Origin: Rhodothermales bacterium | Lineage (GTDB): Bacteria; Bacteroidota; Rhodothermia; Rhodothermales; Bin80 | Length of the DNA: 64,000 bases | Direction of reading: 5' to 3' | Assembly (NCBI GenBank): GCA_022821385.1 | Contig: JAJEDR010000089.1 | Location: forward strand, 24,747 to 88,746 | Part shown: positions 30,814 through 40,497 of the stretch, one piece after another | Position numbering within the stretch: position 1 is the stretch's first letter | How the letters are laid out: every line of letters starts with the position of its first letter | The notes under the pieces: generated by a model | Databases searched by the model: none | What the model saw: only the letters and a program-made list of their open reading frames with translations | Told to the model about the DNA's origin: nothing | Translations under genes and position numbers: made by a program

Positions 30814-31126
30814 GAAATGGTCCGATCGGTTAAGGGTCTAGCTCTACCTGGTGCGCAATAAGCAAATCCTACGGAACGAGAATTTAAAAGATTCAAGTAG
30901 GGCCATGCGTCTTGTGTGCATCATGCTGCCGGGGGTCATCTGCCCGCCTTCATTAGCGCCGAGCGTACATTGGAAAGCTGGAAATGTCTTTTTGACACCA
31001 TTAAGTGTGACCTCGTCGCTTAAACAGCCGCTGCGATAATAGGCCTGTGCAGTTCGCTACTCAACCTGATTCAACCACGCGCGAATGACCGCCATTTCGC
31101 CGGACCGGACTTGGATGCCTAACAGA

Positions 31127-31312
31127 TTACTGGGTACTTGCACACAGCGCTTCGAGGGTAGGGCGCGCATACATACGGCGGATGCTCACCAAGCCTACGC
31201 TCAACGTGATCAAGGTAGTCACGGCCACGACTGCCAGTAGCTGCCACACCTCTATCACGAAGGCGCTATTGTATTTGAGTGAAGCGATTATTGTACATCT
31301 TACAATATGTGG
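31127..31312 (-). pseudogene. 3' relic of an FtsX/MacB-type ABC permease gene
   Basis: A stop-to-stop frame of about 60 codons with no plausible start. It ends ...VWQLLAVVAVTTLITLSVGLVSIRRMYARPTLEALCASTQ*, i.e. a last TM helix plus an RRxxxxxPxxAL tail typical of FtsX-domain permeases. The upstream body of the gene is absent. Confidence 0.4.
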
Positions 31313-31556
31313 CTATCTCATTTAAGTACAATAAGTGCCAGAAAATAACGCGGAAGCACCCAGTTGCGGCAACTTTGTGGTATTGGGTTCCTTGCAACCA
31401 TCCGCTGAGTGTGGCTTGTAGGAACGCTAAAGCCAAACTCCTGTATATTTATAGTCCAGGGGGGATGAGTGTACTGCCAGTGCTGCACAGGCCGGATTAC
31501 TCTGTAACTCCTCTGTACAAAAGGGTGATCGAACTAACATCAATAAGCGTGGCACC

Positions 31557-32762
31557 ATGAAACGTTTACTTTTATTTGCTGCACTGGCTTTTGTCGTTCA
31601 GGGGATTGTCCCCCAGAGTCAGGCGCAGCTTCGTAGGGCCAACCGGGAATTGGAGCGTGGAAATACTGAGGAAGCGCTAAGCTTGGCAAATGAGATGCTT
31701 GAGGAAGAACCGGATAACCACAGGGTCTGGAACCTGCTGGCGCGTATTCACAGCTCCCAGGCTTCAGCAGGTCCAACGGATGAGTACCTGATGCATGTAG
31801 AGGCAATGATAGAAGCCTACGGTAAAGTCGTTGAGCTCCGCCCCCAGGAGGAGACTGACATAGGAAACAGGATAACACTCTTCTACATGCAAACCTTCAA
31901 TCAGGGCATCGAGGAGTTCAACAATGCCCGGGCTGTGCTGGATAACAATGAATTACAGGCAGAGCATTACAGGAATTCGGCAAAACATTTTCAGGCGTCC
32001 GCGATGGCACTTCCCGACTCGGTAGGGGCCTATGTGAATTGGGCCTATGCCTTGCTTGGAGCTGCTGACGAATTGGGGTCGATAGAACCCATGACAAAGG
32101 CACTTGAATATGGGGGGCCGGATGAAGTTATATATGATCTTTTGGCCAGGGTATACCTCACGAACGGTATGGAGGCGGACGCACTGCCATTATTGGAGGA
32201 GGCGGTTGAAGCGTATCCGGCGAACGCAGCCCTACAAAACTACCTGCTCAATGCATACGCTACAACGGGACAAAATAACCGCGCACTAGAGCAATATGCC
32301 GGAGCAGTTGCAGGCAGTCCCGAGAACGCGATATATCGCTACAATTATGGGTCATTGCTGTTGCAGGCGGAGCGGTTCGACGAGGCCATAGAGCAGCTTC
32401 AGGAGGCTGTTAATCTGGAGGAAACGTACGTTGATGCCTACTACAACCTGGGGGCAGCCTATATCAACAAAGCGAATGCCGTTCAGCAGGAAATCTCGGC
32501 TCTGGATGACGATATGCGTGCGCGTCGCGACGAATTATCGGAAGAGGAGGAGCAGAGTATTTATGACAAGATTGACGAACTTGCGGCAGATCGCAGGGGC
32601 TTGTATGAGACCTCGATTGGTCCATTGGAGAATGCCAAGAGGTATGCAGAAATGGAAGAAGGCCGCTCTGTGCAGGAAATCTGCGCCGCCCTGTTCCAGG
32701 CGTATGCTCAGACTGGCCAGGAAGACAAGGCCACAGAGCTAAGTGAGTGTGCCGGCATGTAG
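31557..32762 (+). CDS. secreted TPR-repeat protein
   Basis: Signal peptide MKRLLLFAALAFVVQGIVPQSQAQ and repeated 34-aa A/L/Y/N-rich helical units. Confidence 0.8.
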   Translation: MKRLLLFAALAFVVQGIVPQSQAQLRRANRELERGNTEEALSLANEMLEEEPDNHRVWNLLARIHSSQASAGPTDEYLMHVEAMIEAYGKVVELRPQEETDIGNRITLFYMQTFNQGIEEFNNARAVLDNNELQAEHYRNSAKHFQASAMALPDSVGAYVNWAYALLGAADELGSIEPMTKALEYGGPDEVIYDLLARVYLTNGMEADALPLLEEAVEAYPANAALQNYLLNAYATTGQNNRALEQYAGAVAGSPENAIYRYNYGSLLLQAERFDEAIEQLQEAVNLEETYVDAYYNLGAAYINKANAVQQEISALDDDMRARRDELSEEEEQSIYDKIDELAADRRGLYETSIGPLENAKRYAEMEEGRSVQEICAALFQAYAQTGQEDKATELSECAGM

Positions 32763-33824
32763 CTCGCGGAGTTTTCTGACATAAAGTTCTGCAACGTTTG
32801 GCCACCCAAAGTTGGCGGCGGTGTGTTTCCGGGTACGTGCGCGTATCTTCGGTGTGGCTGAGTGGTTCAGAATAGCCTCGGCGAATCCAACAGGATCACC
32901 GCTTGTGACGAGGTGGCCGTTTACTCCGTCCGTGATCACATCCTGAATGCCCTCCAGATTTGCTGCTATTGCCGGCGTTCCGCATGCGCCAGCTTCGAGC
33001 ATGACGACGCCAAACCCTTCCATATCGCCCCTGACCGGAATATTGGGCATGACCAATAAGTCCGACTCACGGTATAGTTTTACGAGATCCTCATCAGAGC
33101 AGCGCCCCAGCAATTGTACGCGCCCTTCAAGGCCATGTCGATTGATGGCCTGCTGAATGGCCTCGGCTTCCGGTCCGGAACCGGCAATTCTATAGTGAAC
33201 ATGAGTCGGCAGCTCCGGCATTACTTGGTCGATAAACCAGGCAAAACCCTTTCGTTTGACCAAGCGACCAACGCTGGCCAGACGCAGTGACGCGCCCCCG
33301 CTGCCGGTACCGGTTCTGTATCTTGACAATGCAACTCCATTAGGGATCACGCAGATACGGGAAGAAGGCATCTCTCGCTTGGCACATTCAATACCTGTAG
33401 CCCGGCTGACCGGTAGCACAATGTCCAAGGCTCTTAGTGTGCGGCGCACCTGGAATGCTTGGTAGATACCGGGAAGGGTTACGTCGCGCCCGTGTGCAAT
33501 CGCCGCCAACTTAATGTTTGCAGCGTTACATGGTCTGCGGATGAGGGTAGCAAGTGCACCGGTAACCATTGAAGAGAACAGCACCACATCCACCTCTCTC
33601 CGTGTGGAGATCCTGTATAGACGCGCTGCAGTGCTCGCAAGCCAGGGGGCACACTGCATGTGGTGCCATTTCCATGCACTGCGCAGCACTTGTTGCTGAT
33701 ATTGCACATCATTTCTTGCAGACAATGCATCTGCCAGTTCCACAGCAACGCGCTGCATTCCTCCAATACTTTCGAGGGGCCTGTTCTCCGGGGGGAACGA
33801 GTGAGAAACAAAGAGTAGACGCAC
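32739..33824 (-). CDS. glycosyltransferase family 4 (GT-B)
   Basis: EGFGVVMLEAGACGTPAIA (E-x7-E region), 361 aa. Confidence 0.85.
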   Translation of the reverse strand: MRLLFVSHSFPPENRPLESIGGMQRVAVELADALSARNDVQYQQQVLRSAWKWHHMQCAPWLASTAARLYRISTRREVDVVLFSSMVTGALATLIRRPCNAANIKLAAIAHGRDVTLPGIYQAFQVRRTLRALDIVLPVSRATGIECAKREMPSSRICVIPNGVALSRYRTGTGSGGASLRLASVGRLVKRKGFAWFIDQVMPELPTHVHYRIAGSGPEAEAIQQAINRHGLEGRVQLLGRCSDEDLVKLYRESDLLVMPNIPVRGDMEGFGVVMLEAGACGTPAIAANLEGIQDVITDGVNGHLVTSGDPVGFAEAILNHSATPKIRARTRKHTAANFGWPNVAELYVRKLRELHAGTLT

Positions 33825-33826
33825 AG

Positions 33827-35098
33827 CTAAGCAACGGCCTTTCGTACAGGGACATTTACGGCCGCGCCATGTGCAGCAACACCGTTGTTACTATCTCCGG
33901 TACGCGTATCCCAGATCTCTTCGTAGTAACTGGCCAGGTGTCCCATGACATTTTTCCACTCGAAAGCCTCCGCACGTGAGCGCGCGGCCTTCCCCATCCT
34001 TACCCTCAACGAGGGATCAGCAATGAGGTTTTTTACGTGTGTGAGGAAGGTCGGGGTGTCACTTGGGGGGGCCAGATAGCCGGTCTTGCCGTCCATAACC
34101 AGGAGGTCGCTGCCGGCAGCGTCCGCACACACTGTTGGAAGCCCGGAAGCCATAGCTTCCAATGTTACGTTGCCAAAGGTCTCGGTGTCGCTGGGAAATA
34201 GAAAGATATCGCTTGAAGCATACGCGGACGAGAGTTCTTCTCCGTGCAAAGGGCCCGTGAAAATGGTGTCCGTGAGCCGATCTCTCAGGGTATCACGGAC
34301 TGGACCATCACCGACTACTAAGCTTTGATGCTTGATCCCCTGCGTTTTGAGGCTCTCAATTACTTCGGCAAAAACAGACAGTTTTTTCTCCCATACCAGT
34401 CGGCCCACATAAGTCACGATAACATCCTTTTCGGCAAAGCCGTGTGCTAAACGCCATTCAAGGCTGCGGTGGTCAGGAGAAAATCGCTGCGCATCCACGC
34501 CTCGCGCCCAGACCTTGATCCCGTTTGTAATGCCTTGAGCGCGAAGCTCGTCGCCAATGCTGGGAGAAGGGACGTAAATGTGCTTAACCTGAGTATAGAA
34601 CCAGCGCCCGTACTTCCATGCCGTATTCTCCAGTAGGTCCATACGGTACAGCGGGTTATAAGACGCAAAGTGTTTCAGGTACGCGGCAAAATGCGTATGA
34701 AAGGAAGATACAACCGGTACTTCACGTGACTTCGCCCACTTGAGTGCCTGTGCTCCTGCATAGTCAGGGGTGGCAATGTGTACCAAGTCTGGATCAAAGG
34801 CTTCCAGACTGGACCAGCCTTTCCGCGAAATGCCAACCGTAAGTCGATAGTCGCTGCGGCCAGGAAATGGAATGGAGGGCACCGAGATGAGTGTACCGGT
34901 GTGACGCACCGCTGGGGGATGTTTATTGCTTGTGGGAGCAAAAACCAACACCTTGGCGCCCCTGTTCTCCAAGTAAAGAACCAGTCGATTGAGCGTAAGC
35001 GCAACGCCATCAGAGATATGGTTGTAGGCTCCCGCAAACAACGCAATTCGCCGTCCTGCAACGGGCGCGTGGACATTCATCTCAGTGAGTGGCGTCAT
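33827..35098 (-). CDS. glycosyltransferase family 4 (GT-B)
   Basis: ETFGNVTLEAMASGLPTVC motif, 423 aa. Lies 2 nt upstream of the previous GT. Confidence 0.85.
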   Translation of the reverse strand: MTPLTEMNVHAPVAGRRIALFAGAYNHISDGVALTLNRLVLYLENRGAKVLVFAPTSNKHPPAVRHTGTLISVPSIPFPGRSDYRLTVGISRKGWSSLEAFDPDLVHIATPDYAGAQALKWAKSREVPVVSSFHTHFAAYLKHFASYNPLYRMDLLENTAWKYGRWFYTQVKHIYVPSPSIGDELRAQGITNGIKVWARGVDAQRFSPDHRSLEWRLAHGFAEKDVIVTYVGRLVWEKKLSVFAEVIESLKTQGIKHQSLVVGDGPVRDTLRDRLTDTIFTGPLHGEELSSAYASSDIFLFPSDTETFGNVTLEAMASGLPTVCADAAGSDLLVMDGKTGYLAPPSDTPTFLTHVKNLIADPSLRVRMGKAARSRAEAFEWKNVMGHLASYYEEIWDTRTGDSNNGVAAHGAAVNVPVRKAVA

Positions 35099-35179
35099 GG
35101 TGGTGTTCCACAGGGTACAATTTCAACAGAAACACTCTAAGGGCAGTCGCCGTGAGATGAGAAAAAGAAACAGATGCAC

Positions 35180-38023
35180 TCAGGCGAGTACTTTTTTGGA
35201 TGCAAGAAGCGGCCTCAGGAATCGTCCCGTATGGCTTTCCGGGACTTGGGCAACCTCCTCAGGAGTTCCCGCCGCCACAATGTATCCACCATCAACCCCA
35301 CCCTCAGGCCCTAAGTCAATGATGTAGTCAGCACATTTGAGCATGTCCAGATTATGCTCGACGACCACGACAGTGTGCCCGGCATTAGTGAGTTGCTGAA
35401 ATGCGATAACAAGCTTCTGGATATCTACAAAATGTAACCCCGTCGTGGGTTCGTCAAATACATACAGTGTGCGTTGATCTACACGGTGTGCGATACAACT
35501 GGCCAGTTTAATTCGCTGCGCCTCGCCGCCGGAGAGTGTAGGCGACGGTTGCCCTAGGGTTACATAGCCTAGCCCGATGGTCTGGAAAGGCATTAGCAGC
35601 TGGCGAAGGCGAGGGGAGTCGTCAAAGAATTCCATTGCCTCATCAACTGACATATTGAGCACATCATACACGTTTTTTCCCTTGTATAGCACATCCAAGG
35701 TTGACTCTTTGTACCGTTTACCATTGCATTCTTCGCAGGGTAAGTAGAGGTCGGCGAGGAATTGCATCTGTACTCTGATTGTACCTTCCCCCTTGCACTC
35801 CTCACACCGACCACCGGGAACGTTGAATGAAAAATGTCCCGGTGTGTATCTGTGAATTTGTGCCTGATCGGTTTTTGCAAAAATATTCCGGATGATTTCA
35901 AAAGCTTTGACATAGGTGACCAGGTTTGAGCGGGAGGAGCGGCCGATCGGTGACTGGTCAACCATCCGTACATGCCACAGATTTGAAGGTACGCTAATGG
36001 ACTCGTATGGTGTAGGGTCTGGATCCACACGGTACTCTCCCAGGCTGTGTTCCAGTCCTTTGTACAGTGTTTCCTGGACCAAGGAGGATTTTCCCGAACC
36101 GCTGACGCCGGAAACGCAGGTAATCAATCCCGTGGGGAACGCGACATCCAGCTGCTTTAGATTGTTAACGTATGCACCTTTGATTTCGACCTTGCTTGTC
36201 CAGTTGGGCTTGCGGCGTTCGCGCGGGACGGGGATCTGTTTCTGCCCGCTCAGGTAGGTTCCGGTCGCAGATTTGTTGTCCCTAAGCATCTCATCCAGCG
36301 ATCCATCGAAGATTACTTTACCGCCCCGCGTTCCTGATTCAGGTCCGAGGTCTACGATGTAGTTTGCGCTGCGGATTACGTCTGCATCATGTTCTACGAC
36401 AATGACGGTATTACCCAGATCTCGCATTCGCTCAAGGATCCGGATGAGACGCAAAGTATCACGGGGATGTAAACCAATCGTGGGTTCATCAAGGACGTAG
36501 AGCGCGCCGACCAGAGCACTGCCCAAAGCTGTGGCAAGGCGGATGCGCTGACTCTCGCCTCCACTGAGAGACATGGATGGCCTTCCGAGTGTTACGTAAT
36601 CAAGTCCTACATCAACCAAAAAGCGTAAGCGTTTACGGATTTCCTCAAGCAGAATGCCTCCAACATCCTGTTCGTGTTGTGTGAGTGCGAGATCGTGGAA
36701 AAACTCCTTGGCCTCGCGGATGGTCATTTTAATGATCTCGCCGATATTCTTGCCACCTATTTGCACGTAGAGTGCTTCCGTCCGGAGGCGGGTGCCTTCG
36801 CATCTGGCACAGACTCCAAAACCAACATGTTTATTAAAATGGAGCCTGAACGCTTTGCGTCGAAGATTGTCCTTCAGATATTTGAAGAAACCAAAAATAC
36901 CTTCGTAGGAGCCGTCGCCATGCCAAAGAAGGTGTTTATCCGCTTTCGATAGGTCGCGGTACGGTACATTGGTGTCAATCCCACGGTCCTTGGCAAAGGA
37001 AATCATGCGTCTCTTGAATTCATGCCAGGTCGGTTCCCCCTCAAACGGGGCCACGGCTCCTTCTCCAAGCGTCAGACCTTGATCGGGAATCACCAGATCC
37101 CGAAGCGCGCCTTTTGTACGTCCGTGGCCGTTACAACTAGGACACGCACCCAGAGGGCTGTTGAATGAAAACAGGTTGGGTGCCAAGCCTGGAAAATGCA
37201 TCCCGTCGCATTCCAGCCATGCACTGAAATCCAGACGAGATTCCACAGAGTCTTTGGAGGCAGGCGAAGGTACAATGACGGAGCAGTAGCCATCGCCCTC
37301 CTGGAAAGCTGCTTCCACCGAGTCAGCCATACGGCTCGTAGTTTGTTCATCGCCTTGCCGGACAACAAGTCGATCAAGCAGGAAGAAGGCGGAATCCAGA
37401 TCAATCCCCTCCTCCTTAGCAAGTGTTCTGACCTTTTCAGGATCCACGAACTCCAAGTGTTCATCGTGGTCTAGGAGTAGCCGGTGAAACCCCCTCTCAA
37501 ACAGGACATCAATCCCCAGCCAGCTGCGATGATACTTTGGGATTGGAAAGGTCAGAAGAAATCGTGTGCCGTCCGGTAGTGTGGATTGCAACGTGTTTGC
37601 TACCGAGCGGGGAGAGTCACGCGAGACAACGCGACCACTGATCGGCGATATGGTTTTTCCGATCTGCGCGTAGAGCATACGCAGGTGGTCATAGAGTTCA
37701 GTTTGCGTGGCAACCGTGGACCGAGGGTTTTTGGACAGCGACTGCTGTTCAATAGCAATGGCAGGTGCGAGGCCTGCGATCAGGTCAACATCCGGTTTGT
37801 CCATGCGCTCTAGAAACTGGCGCGCATAGGAACTCAAGCTCTCCATATAGCGTCGCTGACCCTCTGCAAAAATAGTGTCGAAAGCCAGGCTAGACTTGCC
37901 CGAACCGGATGGTCCCGTTACAACGACAATGCGCCGCTTAGGCAGCGTCAGATTAATGTTCTTCAAATTGTGTTGGCGGGCTCCCCGAATACTGATATAG
38001 TCGCGAGGGCTTGGATGAGACAT
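35180..38023 (-). CDS. uvrA: excinuclease ABC subunit A
   Basis: Two ABC modules ([20 protein letters not shown]) and zinc-finger cysteines, 947 aa. Confidence 0.97.
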   Translation of the reverse strand: MSHPSPRDYISIRGARQHNLKNINLTLPKRRIVVVTGPSGSGKSSLAFDTIFAEGQRRYMESLSSYARQFLERMDKPDVDLIAGLAPAIAIEQQSLSKNPRSTVATQTELYDHLRMLYAQIGKTISPISGRVVSRDSPRSVANTLQSTLPDGTRFLLTFPIPKYHRSWLGIDVLFERGFHRLLLDHDEHLEFVDPEKVRTLAKEEGIDLDSAFFLLDRLVVRQGDEQTTSRMADSVEAAFQEGDGYCSVIVPSPASKDSVESRLDFSAWLECDGMHFPGLAPNLFSFNSPLGACPSCNGHGRTKGALRDLVIPDQGLTLGEGAVAPFEGEPTWHEFKRRMISFAKDRGIDTNVPYRDLSKADKHLLWHGDGSYEGIFGFFKYLKDNLRRKAFRLHFNKHVGFGVCARCEGTRLRTEALYVQIGGKNIGEIIKMTIREAKEFFHDLALTQHEQDVGGILLEEIRKRLRFLVDVGLDYVTLGRPSMSLSGGESQRIRLATALGSALVGALYVLDEPTIGLHPRDTLRLIRILERMRDLGNTVIVVEHDADVIRSANYIVDLGPESGTRGGKVIFDGSLDEMLRDNKSATGTYLSGQKQIPVPRERRKPNWTSKVEIKGAYVNNLKQLDVAFPTGLITCVSGVSGSGKSSLVQETLYKGLEHSLGEYRVDPDPTPYESISVPSNLWHVRMVDQSPIGRSSRSNLVTYVKAFEIIRNIFAKTDQAQIHRYTPGHFSFNVPGGRCEECKGEGTIRVQMQFLADLYLPCEECNGKRYKESTLDVLYKGKNVYDVLNMSVDEAMEFFDDSPRLRQLLMPFQTIGLGYVTLGQPSPTLSGGEAQRIKLASCIAHRVDQRTLYVFDEPTTGLHFVDIQKLVIAFQQLTNAGHTVVVVEHNLDMLKCADYIIDLGPEGGVDGGYIVAAGTPEEVAQVPESHTGRFLRPLLASKKVLA

Positions 38024-38337
38024 CTGGATCGGGTCAAAAACCGCTTTTACGCAAAGCCAGAATACTTTTCCCCCGCGTAACGGATGTAAAAAGGACAGCC
38101 ACTTGACTCTTGTGATTCAGCAAGTGCAAGTGGAGCATGACGGTGTGGTGTTCAATAGGTCTGAAAAAATTAATATTACCCAGGTCAAACGCGAAGATCA
38201 CAACTGAGCAGATTGGGGTTTCAAAGTAGTATGGGGCTATCTCTTCACGCACAACCCGACGGCCTGCGCATTTCGCCAAAGGCGCACTGCAAACACCGAA
38301 CGGGCAACGTTGGAGGAAGAAGCCCTGTCCAGAACAG

Positions 38338-39126
38338 TCAAACGGTACTTGATGTCCGACTATCTTGTTCAATTTCCTGCGCAGCCTGAATAATCTGGCC
38401 GAAAACATTCGCTTGGAGGCTTGCACCTCCAATCAAACCCCCATCTACATCTTTCTCGCCCAGGAGGTCCTTTGCATTTGCGGGTTTCATGCTTCCTCCA
38501 TAGAGAATGTGCAGACCACTTGCGATTTTTTCGCCAAACTGCTGGCGCACCAGAGTACGTATTAGTGCGTGCATATCCTGTGCCTGAGCAGGAGAGGCAG
38601 TTTCTCCTGTACCTATTGCCCACACCGGTTCATACGCGATAACCAATGCATTTGAGGATGACAAAGTCAAACCTTCAAGTGCATATTTCACCTGAGCGGC
38701 AACAACCACCCGTTCTCTTCCAGCCCTGCGTTGATCAAGATTCTCTCCAACACAAACGATAGGCACCAATTTCAACTTGATCGCTTTCGTGACTTTCCGG
38801 CTGACTTCGGCATCTGTTTCCCCAAAGTACTGTCGTCGCTCCGAGTGACCAAGAATCACGTAGCGGCATCCCAAAGAACGAAGCATCTCCCCGGAAACCT
38901 CTCCGGTGTACGCTCCACTACCAAGTGCATGCATATTCTGCGCGCCCAAGCTTACTCGTGTACCGTCAAGTACCTTGACTACGTTGCTCAAAAACACATT
39001 CGGCGGACAAATGGTTACTCTTACCACTCCCGCATTTTCACTCTCCCTAACCACGCCACGTGCGAGATCTACGCAAGAGCTCGCGTCGGTATTCATTTTC
39101 CAGTTTCCTGCTATAAGCATCTCCAA
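38338..39126 (-). CDS. tpiA: triose-phosphate isomerase
   Basis: AGNWKMN, GHSERR and YEPVWAIGTG motifs. Confidence 0.95.
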   Translation of the reverse strand: MEMLIAGNWKMNTDASSCVDLARGVVRESENAGVVRVTICPPNVFLSNVVKVLDGTRVSLGAQNMHALGSGAYTGEVSGEMLRSLGCRYVILGHSERRQYFGETDAEVSRKVTKAIKLKLVPIVCVGENLDQRRAGRERVVVAAQVKYALEGLTLSSSNALVIAYEPVWAIGTGETASPAQAQDMHALIRTLVRQQFGEKIASGLHILYGGSMKPANAKDLLGEKDVDGGLIGGASLQANVFGQIIQAAQEIEQDSRTSSTV

Positions 39127-39135
39127 TATCTATGA

Positions 39136-40497
39136 TTACTGTTGCTCTGATAGTCCCACCATGTACTCGTAAAGCGCTGCCATGGTGCCTCCGATGTACT
39201 TGTCCACCAGATTGCCCTGAGGATCGATCACGTAGCGCGTTGGAAGGACATGTATGTTATACTGCTGTGCAACATCCAGGCCGCCATATACATGACGCCC
39301 CGGTGCAACCCTCTCCTCGAAAAACCCTTCATTAACCAGCGTATCCGGCTGCATGGAGATTGATACTATTTCCACCTGATCGGCTCCGAGAACGGTAAAG
39401 ATATTGTTGCGACCAGGCAGTTCGCGCTGGTAAAGGTCGTCTTCGGGCCGGTAGAATTCGAGGATCACGTGCTTGCCCCTCAAATCCTGCAGGCTTAGAG
39501 AGTCTCCATTTGCGTCACGGACCGCGAAGTTGGGGGCTTCCATTCCAGGTAGGAGATTCAGGATTTCGTAGGCGGCCCGTTCGGCCCAAGTGGCCCACTG
39601 CGTGTCCACAAAATCTTCCCGCATGCTCTGAGCAACCGCAAGTGCTGCATCGAACTGCGAACTGTCCATATAGGCAAGCACACGTTCCGATGCAATTTCT
39701 GCTCTCTGAACGGAAGATTCAGTTCGTCCCGTCATCTCATCCAACAGCGCTAATGCGGCAGATTGACCGGCAAGGCGAGCCTGGGCATGCCTGGCTGATC
39801 GGGCCGCGTCGGTGAACCGTGCGTTTGAGCTTGAAAGTTCGAGCATTCGGGCGACCGCCAGGGAATCATTCCAGCCGGATCCCATTACGATAGCCTCTGC
39901 GGCAGCCAGCTCTCCTGCCATTGAGTTTGGAAATGTTTGCTGCAAACCCCACAGAATCGCTGTGGTTTGTGAATAACGGGCGCTTACGACCTCTTCTTCA
40001 TAAGCTCCTGACTGCACTAATTCAACCAGCTCCCGCTCATGTTGAGCAAGCGTATTCTGATACGCCTGCCAGGCCGAGTTTTCCAGGGATCGGATGCGCA
40101 TAGTCCGGCCATTCAAAGGAAAGGCAGCAACCAGCGAAGCTGAGTCGCCGTCCGCAATAATTATTCGGCCAGACGCCAAAATCTGCCCAACGCGGCTGAT
40201 CACCAAGCCGTACATCCCCCGTGAGGGAGCAGTCACCTGCATGGAGAAATAGCCACTGCTATCAGTTACCGCATAACCCAGTGTATCCGGTTCGCCGTCC
40301 TTACTCTGTGCCACAAGAACTTCAAACCCACGGTAATTTTTTGAGGGATCTACTTCCGGGCGGATACTGATGGTGCCTTCAAATGAACTTTGAATTTGCG
40401 GAGGGCTTTGCTCCGCTCGTGCGCACGAAAGCCCGGAAATCGCAAAAATGACACAATACAGCACAGCCTGTCTCATGTTGCTGACTGGCTCATTCAT
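39136..40497 (-). CDS. secreted protein with a C-terminal TlpA/thioredoxin-like domain lacking the CxxC motif
   Basis: Signal peptide. The C-terminal roughly 135 aa follow the TlpA/ResA pattern (APNF...GKHVILEF...VEIVSIS...HVLPTRYVIDPQGN), but the WCxxC position reads YRPEDDLY (39430-39453). The start could be M8 at 40476. Confidence 0.6.
   Translation of the reverse strand: MNEPVSNMRQAVLYCVIFAISGLSCARAEQSPPQIQSSFEGTISIRPEVDPSKNYRGFEVLVAQSKDGEPDTLGYAVTDSSGYFSMQVTAPSRGMYGLVISRVGQILASGRIIIADGDSASLVAAFPLNGRTMRIRSLENSAWQAYQNTLAQHERELVELVQSGAYEEEVVSARYSQTTAILWGLQQTFPNSMAGELAAAEAIVMGSGWNDSLAVARMLELSSSNARFTDAARSARHAQARLAGQSAALALLDEMTGRTESSVQRAEIASERVLAYMDSSQFDAALAVAQSMREDFVDTQWATWAERAAYEILNLLPGMEAPNFAVRDANGDSLSLQDLRGKHVILEFYRPEDDLYQRELPGRNNIFTVLGADQVEIVSISMQPDTLVNEGFFEERVAPGRHVYGGLDVAQQYNIHVLPTRYVIDPQGNLVDKYIGGTMAALYEYMVGLSEQQ

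Larger units (their letters stand above)
29290..31075 (-). repeat. tandem duplication (about 0.8-1 kb unit) of the lipoprotein gene plus roughly 300 nt of its upstream sequence
   Basis: The coding cores align. The upstream segments share TTGTGTGCAT(C)(A/T)TGCTGCC at 109 and 99 nt from the respective starts, with further alignable blocks. Boundaries are approximate. Confidence 0.7.

Noticed and set aside
38034-38432. 132-aa minus-strand ORF between tpiA and uvrA.
   Set aside because: It overlaps the tpiA 3' end in another frame, and its Cys/Arg-rich composition is not protein-like. The 314-nt gap is more likely the uvrA promoter region.
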